Sequence record: SRR20825006_915
Strand: one strand, 5' to 3'
Length of the DNA: 56,531 nucleotides
The notes under the pieces are model-generated. The model was not told where the DNA came from. It made no database searches and was given only the letters and a program-made list of their open reading frames with translations. A program made the position numbers and the translations under genes. Positions 8,809 to 17,790 of the stretch are shown piece by piece (positions within the stretch are counted from its first letter, which is position 1; every line of letters starts with the position of its first letter).

Positions 8809-10161
8809 ATGTCTCATTCAGTTGATTTGCACTCCGAGGGTGACTTAAACATCAGCCCTCGTAGACAAGATTGGTCAAAGAGAAATATCGCGCCGCAAAC
8901 GCAGGCTGTTTTAGATGAAGACTCCAAATATTTTCTACATCAATCTCTTTCGACCCCTTGTTTAAATGTCCTTTCACATTGTGAAGGCTCATATATTGTC
9001 GACCAATCAGGTAAAAAATTACTCGACTTCCATGGTAATTATATTCATCAAGTTGGCTTCGCAAATCCAAAAGTGATTGAGGCGATTACTCAACAAATGA
9101 GTACGCTCAGTTTTTGTACTCGTCGTTATACAAATTCGACGGCCATTGCTCTCGCAAAAAAACTATCTGAATTGAGTTCTGGTAGTTTAAACCGTGTCCT
9201 TTTTGCCCCAGGTGGAGCTGAAGCTATCGGGATGGCGCTTAAAGTAGCTAGAATGGCAACTGGGAAGTTCAAAACCATCTCTATGTGGGATTCTTTCCAC
9301 GGCGCTACACTCGACGCTATTTCTATTGGTGGCGAAGCAATTTTCAGAAATAATGCAGGTCCTTTATTGCCAGGAACCGAGCACGTTCCGTTTCCTTACC
9401 CTGGCGAAACTCCTTTCGGAAAATCTGTTTCTGATAACGCCGATGCTTGCGCTAGCTACTTAGAATATGTTCTTGAAAAAGAAGGTGATGTTGGTGCTGT
9501 TATTGCAGAAACCATTCGTTCCTCCCTTTCTATACCTCCAAAAGAATATTGGCAAAGAATTCGAAAAGCGTGCGATAAACACGGGGCACTTCTCATATTA
9601 GATGAAATCCCACATGCTCTTGGAAGAACTGGAAAGATGTTCACGTACCAACATTATGGCATTGAGCCAGACATGGTTGTAATTGGAAAAGGTTTAGGCG
9701 GAGGAATTTTTCCATTAGCGGCACTCATTGCCAAAGAAGAATTGAATGAAGCTATAAAAGAACGAGCTATTGGACATTTTACGCACGAGAAAAGCCCTGT
9801 AGCTTGTGCGGCAGCGTTGGCAACCATTCAAATTATTGAAGATGAACATTTACTTATTAGAACCGAGGAACTTGGTAAAAGCGCACTTTTTCAACTCGAG
9901 AAGCTAAAAACTAAGTATCCATTGATAAGTGATGTGCGTGGTTTAGGCCTCATGCTAGGCATTGAACTTCGTCATCCTGAGACTGGCGAAAAAGCAAAGG
10001 TTGAAGCCGACACTATTATGTACCGAGCGCTAGAACTTGGTCTCAATTTTAAAGTATCGATGGGTAGTACGCTTACACTTACTCCTCCGCTTACTGTAAC
10101 CCAAGGTGAATTAGAAACTGCGTTTTCCATCATCAATCAATGTTTAATGGAGGTTCAATGA
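8809..10161 (+). CDS. pbfA: (R)-1-hydroxy-2-aminoethylphosphonate ammonia-lyase-like class-III PLP enzyme
   Basis: N-terminal SEGDLN, FLHQSLSTPCL, DFHGN, SMWDSFHGA, DEIP..LGRTG, GKGLGGG and GHFTHEKSP, recognised as PbfA-type. It lies 2 bp after the PhnX-like gene. Confidence 0.85.
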   Translation: MSHSVDLHSEGDLNISPRRQDWSKRNIAPQTQAVLDEDSKYFLHQSLSTPCLNVLSHCEGSYIVDQSGKKLLDFHGNYIHQVGFANPKVIEAITQQMSTLSFCTRRYTNSTAIALAKKLSELSSGSLNRVLFAPGGAEAIGMALKVARMATGKFKTISMWDSFHGATLDAISIGGEAIFRNNAGPLLPGTEHVPFPYPGETPFGKSVSDNADACASYLEYVLEKEGDVGAVIAETIRSSLSIPPKEYWQRIRKACDKHGALLILDEIPHALGRTGKMFTYQHYGIEPDMVVIGKGLGGGIFPLAALIAKEELNEAIKERAIGHFTHEKSPVACAAALATIQIIEDEHLLIRTEELGKSALFQLEKLKTKYPLISDVRGLGLMLGIELRHPETGEKAKVEADTIMYRALELGLNFKVSMGSTLTLTPPLTVTQGELETAFSIINQCLMEVQ

Positions 10162-11468
10162 AAACATCGTCAACACTAAACACTTGGCTAGCCAAACAAA
10201 ATCAATGGGTTTTCTCGCTTTTCGCCATTGTTGCTGCTTTTAGCACTTATGCTTGTATGTATGCTTTTCGAAAGCCTTTTACGGCTGCCAGTTTTGATGG
10301 CATTGAATATTGGGGAATGGAATTAAAAACGTTGCTCATCATCTCACAAGTGGTGGGTTATACTTTATCCAAATTCATAGGTATAAAATTCGTTTCCGAA
10401 ATGTCGGCGCCTAAAAGAGCATGGGCGATTGTGGTTTTGATTATGAGTGCTCAATTAGCTCTTTTTCTTTTTTGGCAAGTTCCCGCTCCCTTTTCTATCG
10501 TTTTTCTGTTTTTAAATGGATTGCCTCTTGGTATGGTTTGGGGATTGGTTTTTAGTTTTCTAGAAGGCCGAAAAAATACCGAGTTATTAGGAGCCGGATT
10601 AAGTGTAAGCTTTATTGTTTCCTCAGGATTTGTAAAGAGTACGGGCAAGTATTTGATGCTTGATTGGGGTGTTTCAGAATTTGCAATGCCATTTTTCACA
10701 GGTTTGGTATTCACCTTGCCACTTTTCCTATTTGTTTGGTTGCTAAATCATATTCCAGCACCAACTGCTGAAGACGAATTACTTCGCACAAAAAGAGCGC
10801 CAATGACCGCAAAAGATAGATGGGCCTTTTTCCGACAATATGGCTCTGGAATAGCAGTACTCACTTTTATTTATATGTGTTTAACTGCATTTCGTGACTT
10901 AAGAGACAACTACGCCCTTGAGATTTTAGAAGCTGTTGGTTTTGTGGATGATGCAGGAATATTCACTAAAACAGAATTCCCAATTGCCATCATTGTTTTG
11001 GTAGTTATGGCTTCTCTCATGATTATCCGTGACAATAAAAAGGCTCTTATCATCAATCACTATATAGTTGGGTTTGGAATTCTACTTATTGGAGTTGCTA
11101 CGTTCTTATTTCAAAGTGGATGGGTTTCTCCCTATTGGTGGATGGTTCTAACTGGACTTGGCTCTTACCTCGCATATGTCCCTTTTAATTGCATTCTATT
11201 CGATCGCTTTATCGCCACATTTAAAACTGTTGCTAATGCGGGCTTTCTCATTTACATCGCCGATTCTTTTGGATACGTATCAAGCGTTGGAGTTCTACTC
11301 TATAAAAATTTCGGGCAATCTGATATAAGCTGGTATCAATTTTTCATCATTTTTTGCTACGCCACCAGCGCAATTGGTTTCGTATTCACCATTCTTTCCA
11401 TTTTCTATTTCAAACGGCAAGACCGAATAATTCAAACTCAACCACAAACAGAATTACAACCAACATGA
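10158..11468 (+). CDS. DUF5690-family MFS-like membrane protein
   Basis: About 12 hydrophobic segments, with YAFRKPF, SKFIGIK, NGLPLG, FLEGR and YIADSFGY motifs. Start placed at ATG 10158 (ATGA overlap with the pbfA stop). Confidence 0.8.
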   Translation: MKTSSTLNTWLAKQNQWVFSLFAIVAAFSTYACMYAFRKPFTAASFDGIEYWGMELKTLLIISQVVGYTLSKFIGIKFVSEMSAPKRAWAIVVLIMSAQLALFLFWQVPAPFSIVFLFLNGLPLGMVWGLVFSFLEGRKNTELLGAGLSVSFIVSSGFVKSTGKYLMLDWGVSEFAMPFFTGLVFTLPLFLFVWLLNHIPAPTAEDELLRTKRAPMTAKDRWAFFRQYGSGIAVLTFIYMCLTAFRDLRDNYALEILEAVGFVDDAGIFTKTEFPIAIIVLVVMASLMIIRDNKKALIINHYIVGFGILLIGVATFLFQSGWVSPYWWMVLTGLGSYLAYVPFNCILFDRFIATFKTVANAGFLIYIADSFGYVSSVGVLLYKNFGQSDISWYQFFIIFCYATSAIGFVFTILSIFYFKRQDRIIQTQPQTELQPT

Positions 11469-13108
11469 AATCCATATCTCTAAGTCTACTTGGTTTATTT
11501 CTTGTAGCTTGCTCATGCAATATAAATAAAGAGCAAAAACCACTTGCCAAGCACGTTATTTTAATCGGGGTTGATGGCATGAGTCCAAATGGAGTTATTC
11601 AAGCCAACACACCTATTATGGATGAAATGATGAAAAATGGCGCTCATTCTTTTCATGCGCGATCGGTATTGCCGAGTAGTAGTGGCGCAAACTGGGCAAG
11701 TATGTTAAATGGAGCTGGGCCTGAGCAACATGGTGTAATTAGCAACAATTGGAAAACAGATAATTTCATTTTACCAGCAACAGTGGTAAAAGATGCACAC
11801 CGTTTCCCTAGTGTTTTCACCGTAATAAGAGACCAAAAACCAAATGCTGTAATTGGTGCTATTTATGATTGGGAATCCATTGTTAACTTCTTTGAGCCAA
11901 GTGCGGTTGATTATAGCATCAGCCCAAAAGATGAAGACGAAACTACTTTAGTGGCTATAGATTACATCAAAGAAAACACTCCCGACTTCACTTTTATTCA
12001 CCTCGACCATGTAGATCATTACGGACATTCTATAGGTCATGGAACTCAAGCTTACTATCACGCAGTAGAAAAAGCGGATTCTTTAATTGGCGAGATTATT
12101 CAAGCCACAAAAGATGCTGGGATCTTCGAAGAAACGGTGTTCATAATTTCTTCAGATCATGGTGGTGTAGGTAAAGGTCATGGTGGTGAAACGATGGATG
12201 AAGTTGAAATACCATTTATCGTTTCTGGCAAAGATGTGAAAGAAAACTTCACATCTATAATTCCTATTAACACCTATGATACTCCTGCAACCGTTGCTTT
12301 TGTATTAGGATTGGATATTCCTTTTGAATGGATTGGTCGTCCCGTTAAAAGTGTATTTGAAGGTCACACTGAACCATCATTAATGTATTCATCTAATGTA
12401 GGGTTATCTAAACCTGTTATTTTTCCTACTGCTGACGAATACGATCCTGCAGGAGGGCTCTTTGTTGGTGAAACCGCCACATTAACAATTAGCAACCCAA
12501 ATCCAGACGGGGAAATTAGGTTTACGTTAGACGGAAAGCAGCCAACGATTGACTCAGACTTATACGAAAACTCTATTTCCATCGAAAAGACAACAGTTGT
12601 AAAAGCACAAATTTTTGAAGCAGGAAAATCTATTTCTGGTATTGCTACTGGATATTTTCGCATTCTTAAAAACAAGAGCGGACACGGTATTTCCTACAAA
12701 ACATACGAGCAAGATGATCTTGTTAAGCTACCAGATTTCTCAACACTAAAAGCAAAAAACTCAGGTACTACTTTCGAGTTTAGCCTAAACAATGTGAAAC
12801 TTCCAAGAGAAGAATCTGTTGCAATGGTAATGGAAAGCCAAATTGAAATTAAGACATCTGGAGAATACACCTTCTACCTTGCTTCTGATGATGGAAGTAA
12901 GCTTTATATCAACAACAAAGAAGTAGTTGATAATGATGGTGACCACGGAGTTATAGAGCGAAATGGCTCGATTGAACTTGAAGCTGGAAAACACGCAATC
13001 CGCGTGGAATGGTTTAACGGTGGTGGTGGCAAATGGCTAGGTGCCTTTTTCGAAGGTCCTGGTATTTCTAAACAAATTATAGATCCGAATATTTTATACA
13101 CAAAATAA
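11465..13108 (+). CDS. Alkaline-phosphatase-superfamily (NPP/type I phosphodiesterase) lipoprotein + Fn3-associated + PA14
   Basis: Start at ATG 11465 (ATGA overlap) gives the lipobox LVAC. Motifs GVDG, PSSSGANW (Ser nucleophile position), DHVDHYGH, SDHG and HGG. C-terminal FTLDGKQP and PA14 (SDDGSKL, DNDGDHG). Confidence 0.85.
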   Translation: MKSISLSLLGLFLVACSCNINKEQKPLAKHVILIGVDGMSPNGVIQANTPIMDEMMKNGAHSFHARSVLPSSSGANWASMLNGAGPEQHGVISNNWKTDNFILPATVVKDAHRFPSVFTVIRDQKPNAVIGAIYDWESIVNFFEPSAVDYSISPKDEDETTLVAIDYIKENTPDFTFIHLDHVDHYGHSIGHGTQAYYHAVEKADSLIGEIIQATKDAGIFEETVFIISSDHGGVGKGHGGETMDEVEIPFIVSGKDVKENFTSIIPINTYDTPATVAFVLGLDIPFEWIGRPVKSVFEGHTEPSLMYSSNVGLSKPVIFPTADEYDPAGGLFVGETATLTISNPNPDGEIRFTLDGKQPTIDSDLYENSISIEKTTVVKAQIFEAGKSISGIATGYFRILKNKSGHGISYKTYEQDDLVKLPDFSTLKAKNSGTTFEFSLNNVKLPREESVAMVMESQIEIKTSGEYTFYLASDDGSKLYINNKEVVDNDGDHGVIERNGSIELEAGKHAIRVEWFNGGGGKWLGAFFEGPGISKQIIDPNILYTK

Positions 13109-13121
13109 CTAGTGTTATGAG

Positions 13122-13162
13122 AGAACTCCTACCTTTTTAGAAGGTTTGGGGTTCTTTTTTTT
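13122..13162 (+). terminator. Rho-independent terminator
   Basis: AGAACTCC-T-ACCTT / AAGGT-TT-GGGGTTCT stem followed by a T run, just after the stop at 13108. Confidence 0.75.
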
Positions 13163-13351
13163 ACCCACCAACATCACTACGGCAAGTCATTTTTTACAGT
13201 TTACAACTTCCTTTGCTAAACTAGTATTTGGCACAGAATTTTTGCTTGATTTAAATGCTTTCGATTACTTTTTTCTAACATCCAATAATTAATACCTAAA
13301 TTCTTTATTCTCTTACGCAATAGTATCGTAATTTGCCAAATACAACATACA

Positions 13352-15196
13352 ATGTGGATAATTTTTAGGAACTTAATTCTAACACATCTTTTCTTACTCT
13401 TAGGAGTATCTAGCTATGTTAATGCTCAAAGTTCAAGTTCCTTTCAAGAACCTACAAAAAAGGTAACACTTCAGCTAAAATGGAAACACCAGTTCCAATT
13501 TGCTGGCTATTATGCCGCCATAGAAAATGGGTATTATAAAGATTTAGGCATTGAAGTTAGTTTAGTTGAAGCAGAGGAAAATATTGAGCCTGCAAATGCT
13601 GTATTCGATGGCAGGGCGGAATTTGGTATTGCTGCTGCTGATATTCTCATCCTTAGATCTCAAGGAAAAGAGGCTGTTCTATTAGCTTCCATCTTTCAAC
13701 ATTCGCCACAAATTTTAATAGCTGCACAATCCTCTGGAATTGAAAATACACAGGGTTTATTTGGCAAGCGGGTTGCTTTAGAACCTCACACAGCCGACAT
13801 CATTATGTACATGAGAGATGAAGGTGTTACACTGGACAAAATTGTACGATTTCAACACTCTTTTGGTATCGAACAACTAATTAATGGCGAAGTAGATGCC
13901 ATGACGGCTTACAAGTCGGATGAGCCATTTCTTCTTACCCAATCCGGTTTTGATTACATCATTATCGATCCATCGATGGGTGGAATAGATTTTTATGGAG
14001 ATGTACTTTTTACAACCGAAGAACTGATCAGACAAGATCCCGTTCTGGTAGAAAATTTCAGGAAAGCCTCCCTGAAAGGTTGGGAATATGCTTTAAAAAA
14101 TACTGATGAAATTATCGATCTTATCTATAATAAATACTCTCAAAGACACACTAAAGAACATTTAGCGTTCGAAGCTAGAAGAATGCAAATGCTCATTATG
14201 CCTGATGTTGTAGAAATCGGTTATTCTAACCCAGAACGCTGGAAACGCATTTTAGAGATTTATGACGAGCAAAATATGCTTCAAAACAAACCCTCTATTG
14301 ATGGGCTTTTCTATTTCGATTATGTTGAAGATGAAGCCCCATTCCCATGGAAGCTAATTACCGCATTAAGTACACTTATCATTCTTATAGCATCTGTAAG
14401 CATTTTCTATTATAACACGTCAAGACGCCTAAAAACAGAGAGTTCCAAAAGGCTTTTAGCCCAACAGGAACTCATGCAAAGTGAAACCAAGCTAAAAGAA
14501 GCTAATGCTACTAAAGATAAGTTCTACTCCATTATAGCTCATGATTTGAGAAATCCTCTATCCGCCATTTTAGGCTTTACTGAACTTATTTTGATGGACG
14601 AAAAGAATGAGAAAAAAGAAGAGAATCGTGAATTTTTAAAGATTATAAAGGACACCATTCTCCATACAGCCACTTTACTTAATAACCTTTTAACTTGGTC
14701 TAGAGCTCAACTTGGCGATATTGAATTCCGTCCAGAAATTTATAGACTTACACAACTCATTGACGACAATATTGCTTTTGTAAAAGGACAAGCTACTCAA
14801 AAGAATATCACAATCCATTCCCACATCACGCCAGTATGCACCATTTTTGGTGATAAAAACATGATTAACACCATCCTGAGAAATCTGCTTACCAATGCTG
14901 TTAAATTCACTCCCAATTATGGAGAAGTAAACATTAAAGCCGATATGACCCCAACTAATTGTGAGATATCGATTACTGATAATGGGATTGGGATTAGCCC
15001 TGCAGCCCAATCAAACCTTTTTGACGCAAGTACTAAATTCACTTCTGAAGGTACAAACGCTGAAAAAGGGACCGGACTCGGCCTTTTACTTTCCAAAGAG
15101 TTTATTGAAAAGCACGGAGGTTCAATTTTTGTGAAAAGTGAACTAGGCAAAGGAAGTACGTTCACTTTCACACTTCCAAGATTCAATAATTTCTAA
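13352..15196 (+). CDS. Sensor histidine kinase with NMT1/THI5-like periplasmic binding domain
   Basis: LQLKWKHQFQFAGYYAA...GIDFYGD sensor domain, a TM helix, IAHDLRNP (HisKA), RNLLTNAVKF, DNGIG and GTGLGL. Confidence 0.9.
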   Translation: MWIIFRNLILTHLFLLLGVSSYVNAQSSSSFQEPTKKVTLQLKWKHQFQFAGYYAAIENGYYKDLGIEVSLVEAEENIEPANAVFDGRAEFGIAAADILILRSQGKEAVLLASIFQHSPQILIAAQSSGIENTQGLFGKRVALEPHTADIIMYMRDEGVTLDKIVRFQHSFGIEQLINGEVDAMTAYKSDEPFLLTQSGFDYIIIDPSMGGIDFYGDVLFTTEELIRQDPVLVENFRKASLKGWEYALKNTDEIIDLIYNKYSQRHTKEHLAFEARRMQMLIMPDVVEIGYSNPERWKRILEIYDEQNMLQNKPSIDGLFYFDYVEDEAPFPWKLITALSTLIILIASVSIFYYNTSRRLKTESSKRLLAQQELMQSETKLKEANATKDKFYSIIAHDLRNPLSAILGFTELILMDEKNEKKEENREFLKIIKDTILHTATLLNNLLTWSRAQLGDIEFRPEIYRLTQLIDDNIAFVKGQATQKNITIHSHITPVCTIFGDKNMINTILRNLLTNAVKFTPNYGEVNIKADMTPTNCEISITDNGIGISPAAQSNLFDASTKFTSEGTNAEKGTGLGLLLSKEFIEKHGGSIFVKSELGKGSTFTFTLPRFNNF

Positions 15197-15213
15197 CTTC
15201 CTTTTCCCTCTTT

Positions 15214-16686
15214 TTATTGGAAAAATATTGGGTTTGAAATAACGGATATACCTGATTCATCGCTAAGGTTAAAACGAATCCACCCTTTTTTAGCTATTGA
15301 TATAGGAATAGAAATAGTTCTTTTGTTTTTGGAAACTGTTTTCTGAGCTTCAGTAATAGGAATTTGTTTTCCATTTTGAATGAGCTCTATTGCAAACTCC
15401 TTACCGCCATTGTATTCAATATTCAATTCCAATTCCTCATGAATCTTCTCATAAGGAATAACCTCTCCCATTTCCCACTTTTGATTCTTGGTACTAGCAT
15501 AAAACTCAATATCAGGACTTAGACTCCCTTTGGTTTTGATGTATACATTTCCAGCACGTACACCTTTAATTACCTCAGATTCAGAAAGGTTTTGAGCAAA
15601 AACCATAGTTGTTGGAATTCCTGGTTTATCAGAACCTGTACCAGCACCATGATCATCGCTTCCTCCAATTCCAATAATACGGTGCCCTTGGTTGAGGAGG
15701 TTTTCCCAAAATGGAATTCCAGAAATTGAGCTTCCAACGTCCGTACCATTAACAATTTCAATTGCTTCAAGGATTGAATAATCAATAGAATTTTCAGTCC
15801 AACCACACCCTGTACATGAAGCTCCAGATTCTCTACCAGGATGATTTAAAGAAAGCAAAGCTCCAACTTCAGCTGCATTCTGTTGCAAATCGTTCGCAGT
15901 ATAACCGTTAAAACCAATTGCATAATTGAGGGGAATTCCCGAACCAAATACATTGGCATGTCCGTAGAAAGTAGTTGCTTCTTGCCCTCTCATTAGTAGC
16001 ATATCTGGATATCTCTTTTGCAATGCTCTGATTTCGCTGTAGTGACTTATGGTGTTATGATCGGCAATGGCAACGAAATCTAGATTGTTGTTAGAAGCTG
16101 CTTCCGCTACTTGAGATACCTGACACGGTGCACGATTTCCACGGGTATCTTTGCAGCCAAATCCATCGCTATGTCCTGTATGCGTATGAAAGTCTCCCGT
16201 GTACCACCTGGAGGAATCACTTAGTGAATTTATGCTTGGACCTCTAAATTGAGCGCTTTCTTCTGAAATCATTTTTATATGAATTTCATAGTCTGCATCC
16301 TCCCTAATAGTTGGAAATGCCAGAGTTATATTCCATTCTCCAGCTCCAATTTCACCTGCTAAGTATGAGGGTGTTGCACTGTATTTCCCTATATAAAACT
16401 CTGTTTTAGAAAAACGACTCGTTCCTCTGAAACCTTTGGGGTCGGCAATCCCAATTTCTATTTCATTTTTTCCTTTACCTGAAAATGTATACGAAACTTC
16501 TAAAGCCGCTATGTTTTCTGGTACTTGAAAGGGTTCGTTTCGGTAACTAAGAGTCTCATCTGTGGTTACTTTACCATTAATGATTATTTCTTGATTATTT
16601 GTAATCTCATTTGGAGGAAGTGAACAGCCTAACCAAAATAGTACAAGCGTTGTCACAACTAAAGAAATTCGGGGGAATACGTGCAT
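15214..16686 (-). CDS. PHP-domain (CehA/McbA-family) metallohydrolase lipoprotein
   Basis: Lipobox WLGC, and GDFHTHTGHSDG, IADHN, GQE, GHAN, NHP and GGSDDH motifs. Confidence 0.85.
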   Translation of the reverse strand: MHVFPRISLVVTTLVLFWLGCSLPPNEITNNQEIIINGKVTTDETLSYRNEPFQVPENIAALEVSYTFSGKGKNEIEIGIADPKGFRGTSRFSKTEFYIGKYSATPSYLAGEIGAGEWNITLAFPTIREDADYEIHIKMISEESAQFRGPSINSLSDSSRWYTGDFHTHTGHSDGFGCKDTRGNRAPCQVSQVAEAASNNNLDFVAIADHNTISHYSEIRALQKRYPDMLLMRGQEATTFYGHANVFGSGIPLNYAIGFNGYTANDLQQNAAEVGALLSLNHPGRESGASCTGCGWTENSIDYSILEAIEIVNGTDVGSSISGIPFWENLLNQGHRIIGIGGSDDHGAGTGSDKPGIPTTMVFAQNLSESEVIKGVRAGNVYIKTKGSLSPDIEFYASTKNQKWEMGEVIPYEKIHEELELNIEYNGGKEFAIELIQNGKQIPITEAQKTVSKNKRTISIPISIAKKGWIRFNLSDESGISVISNPIFFQ

Positions 16687-16701
16687 TTTAGTAACGAAAT
16701 T

Positions 16702-17790
16702 TTAGTGATCTAATTGAATATGGAAACCTGTTCCAAAAAGAGTTTCAGGCAAATAGTAATCCGTGCTTATAATTTGCGCCCCACTAGATTTTGCGGCTTC
16801 AAACATAGAATAATCGTTGCTTCTAGCCTCGTTAGTGTTGGCATCAGAACGAGTGCGAACTAAGTATCCTTTTGCAACCATTTCCTTGATTCGTTGTTGG
16901 TCATCAATTGGATTATTAATTACCATAAAAGCAGCTTCGGGGGTTCCTTCGTTTGCATTAACAAACATTACGCGACCTTTTAATGCGGGATGATGCTTTA
17001 TATATGTTGCTAATTTCTCTCCGCCGTGATCAAGAATGAAGTACACTTTACCTTTCGATTTTGAAAGTAATGGCCATCCTTCTGTTAACACTGCTTCTTC
17101 TAACGTAGCATACTTACCACGAACATCATCAGGTAGTAACAGTTGTTTTTTCCCAAATACATCTAAAATTTCTTGGTCCCACGCAGCAAAAGCTACTGAA
17201 TCAAAACCGAGTGGTTCCACAAAACCTTCACCTCCTACTCCTCCATCTTTGGCGTTCATCATAATGGCAATTGGCAAATGATCTGGGTTTTCATCCGACC
17301 AATTTTTAAGTTCTTCAAGACATAATTTAAAAGTTAAACAGTTGCTTCTAAAATCTACATCTGGCAAATGAAGTACTTTAAATCCTGGTTCATTCATTAT
17401 TCCTTTGGGGTCAAATTCAGACACTTCTAACCCCATTTTCTTTAATGCTGTGTATCCATAAGGCTGAGCATAAAGCCCTCCATTAGGATCGTATAGCACA
17501 TCAATTTCCAATTTGCGCAAACCTAGATTCAACTGCTCCGTTAATGATACGTGACTGTATTCTAAACCCCGAACCGATCCCGCTTTTCTCTCTTCCATTA
17601 CCTTTTTAAGAGACTCATCAATGGCTAGTTTATAACTGTTATGGCTACCTAGAACATGCATATCATTCATCCTTTTACCATTTTCTGTGGCTTTTTGGCA
17701 ACCAAATCCTATTCCTAGAAATAACAGAATTGTCAGATACCCAATTTGTTTTGGTCTCATAGAGATTGATTTTCTAAGTAATGCTTTCAT
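16702..17790 (-). CDS. Ca2+-dependent PI-PLC-like phosphodiesterase lipoprotein
   Basis: GSHNSY, LEIDV, VLHLPDVD, RTRSD and ISTDY motifs, plus lipobox GFGC. Start is either 17790 (ATGA overlap) or 17760. Confidence 0.85.
   Translation of the reverse strand: MKALLRKSISMRPKQIGYLTILLFLGIGFGCQKATENGKRMNDMHVLGSHNSYKLAIDESLKKVMEERKAGSVRGLEYSHVSLTEQLNLGLRKLEIDVLYDPNGGLYAQPYGYTALKKMGLEVSEFDPKGIMNEPGFKVLHLPDVDFRSNCLTFKLCLEELKNWSDENPDHLPIAIMMNAKDGGVGGEGFVEPLGFDSVAFAAWDQEILDVFGKKQLLLPDDVRGKYATLEEAVLTEGWPLLSKSKGKVYFILDHGGEKLATYIKHHPALKGRVMFVNANEGTPEAAFMVINNPIDDQQRIKEMVAKGYLVRTRSDANTNEARSNDYSMFEAAKSSGAQIISTDYYLPETLFGTGFHIQLDH

Noticed and set aside
11354-11464. Longer N-terminus for the AP-superfamily gene, and the track starts at 10140, 21384, 34439 and 37260
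   Set aside because: Downstream ATGs give proper signal peptides or lipoboxes, stop-start overlaps or RBS spacing, and avoid long overlaps or terminators.
11465-13108. Phosphonoacetate hydrolase PhnA
   Set aside because: It is an exported lipoprotein with PSSSGANW rather than a Thr-nucleophile PhnA-type motif, and no PhnY-like aldehyde dehydrogenase is present.
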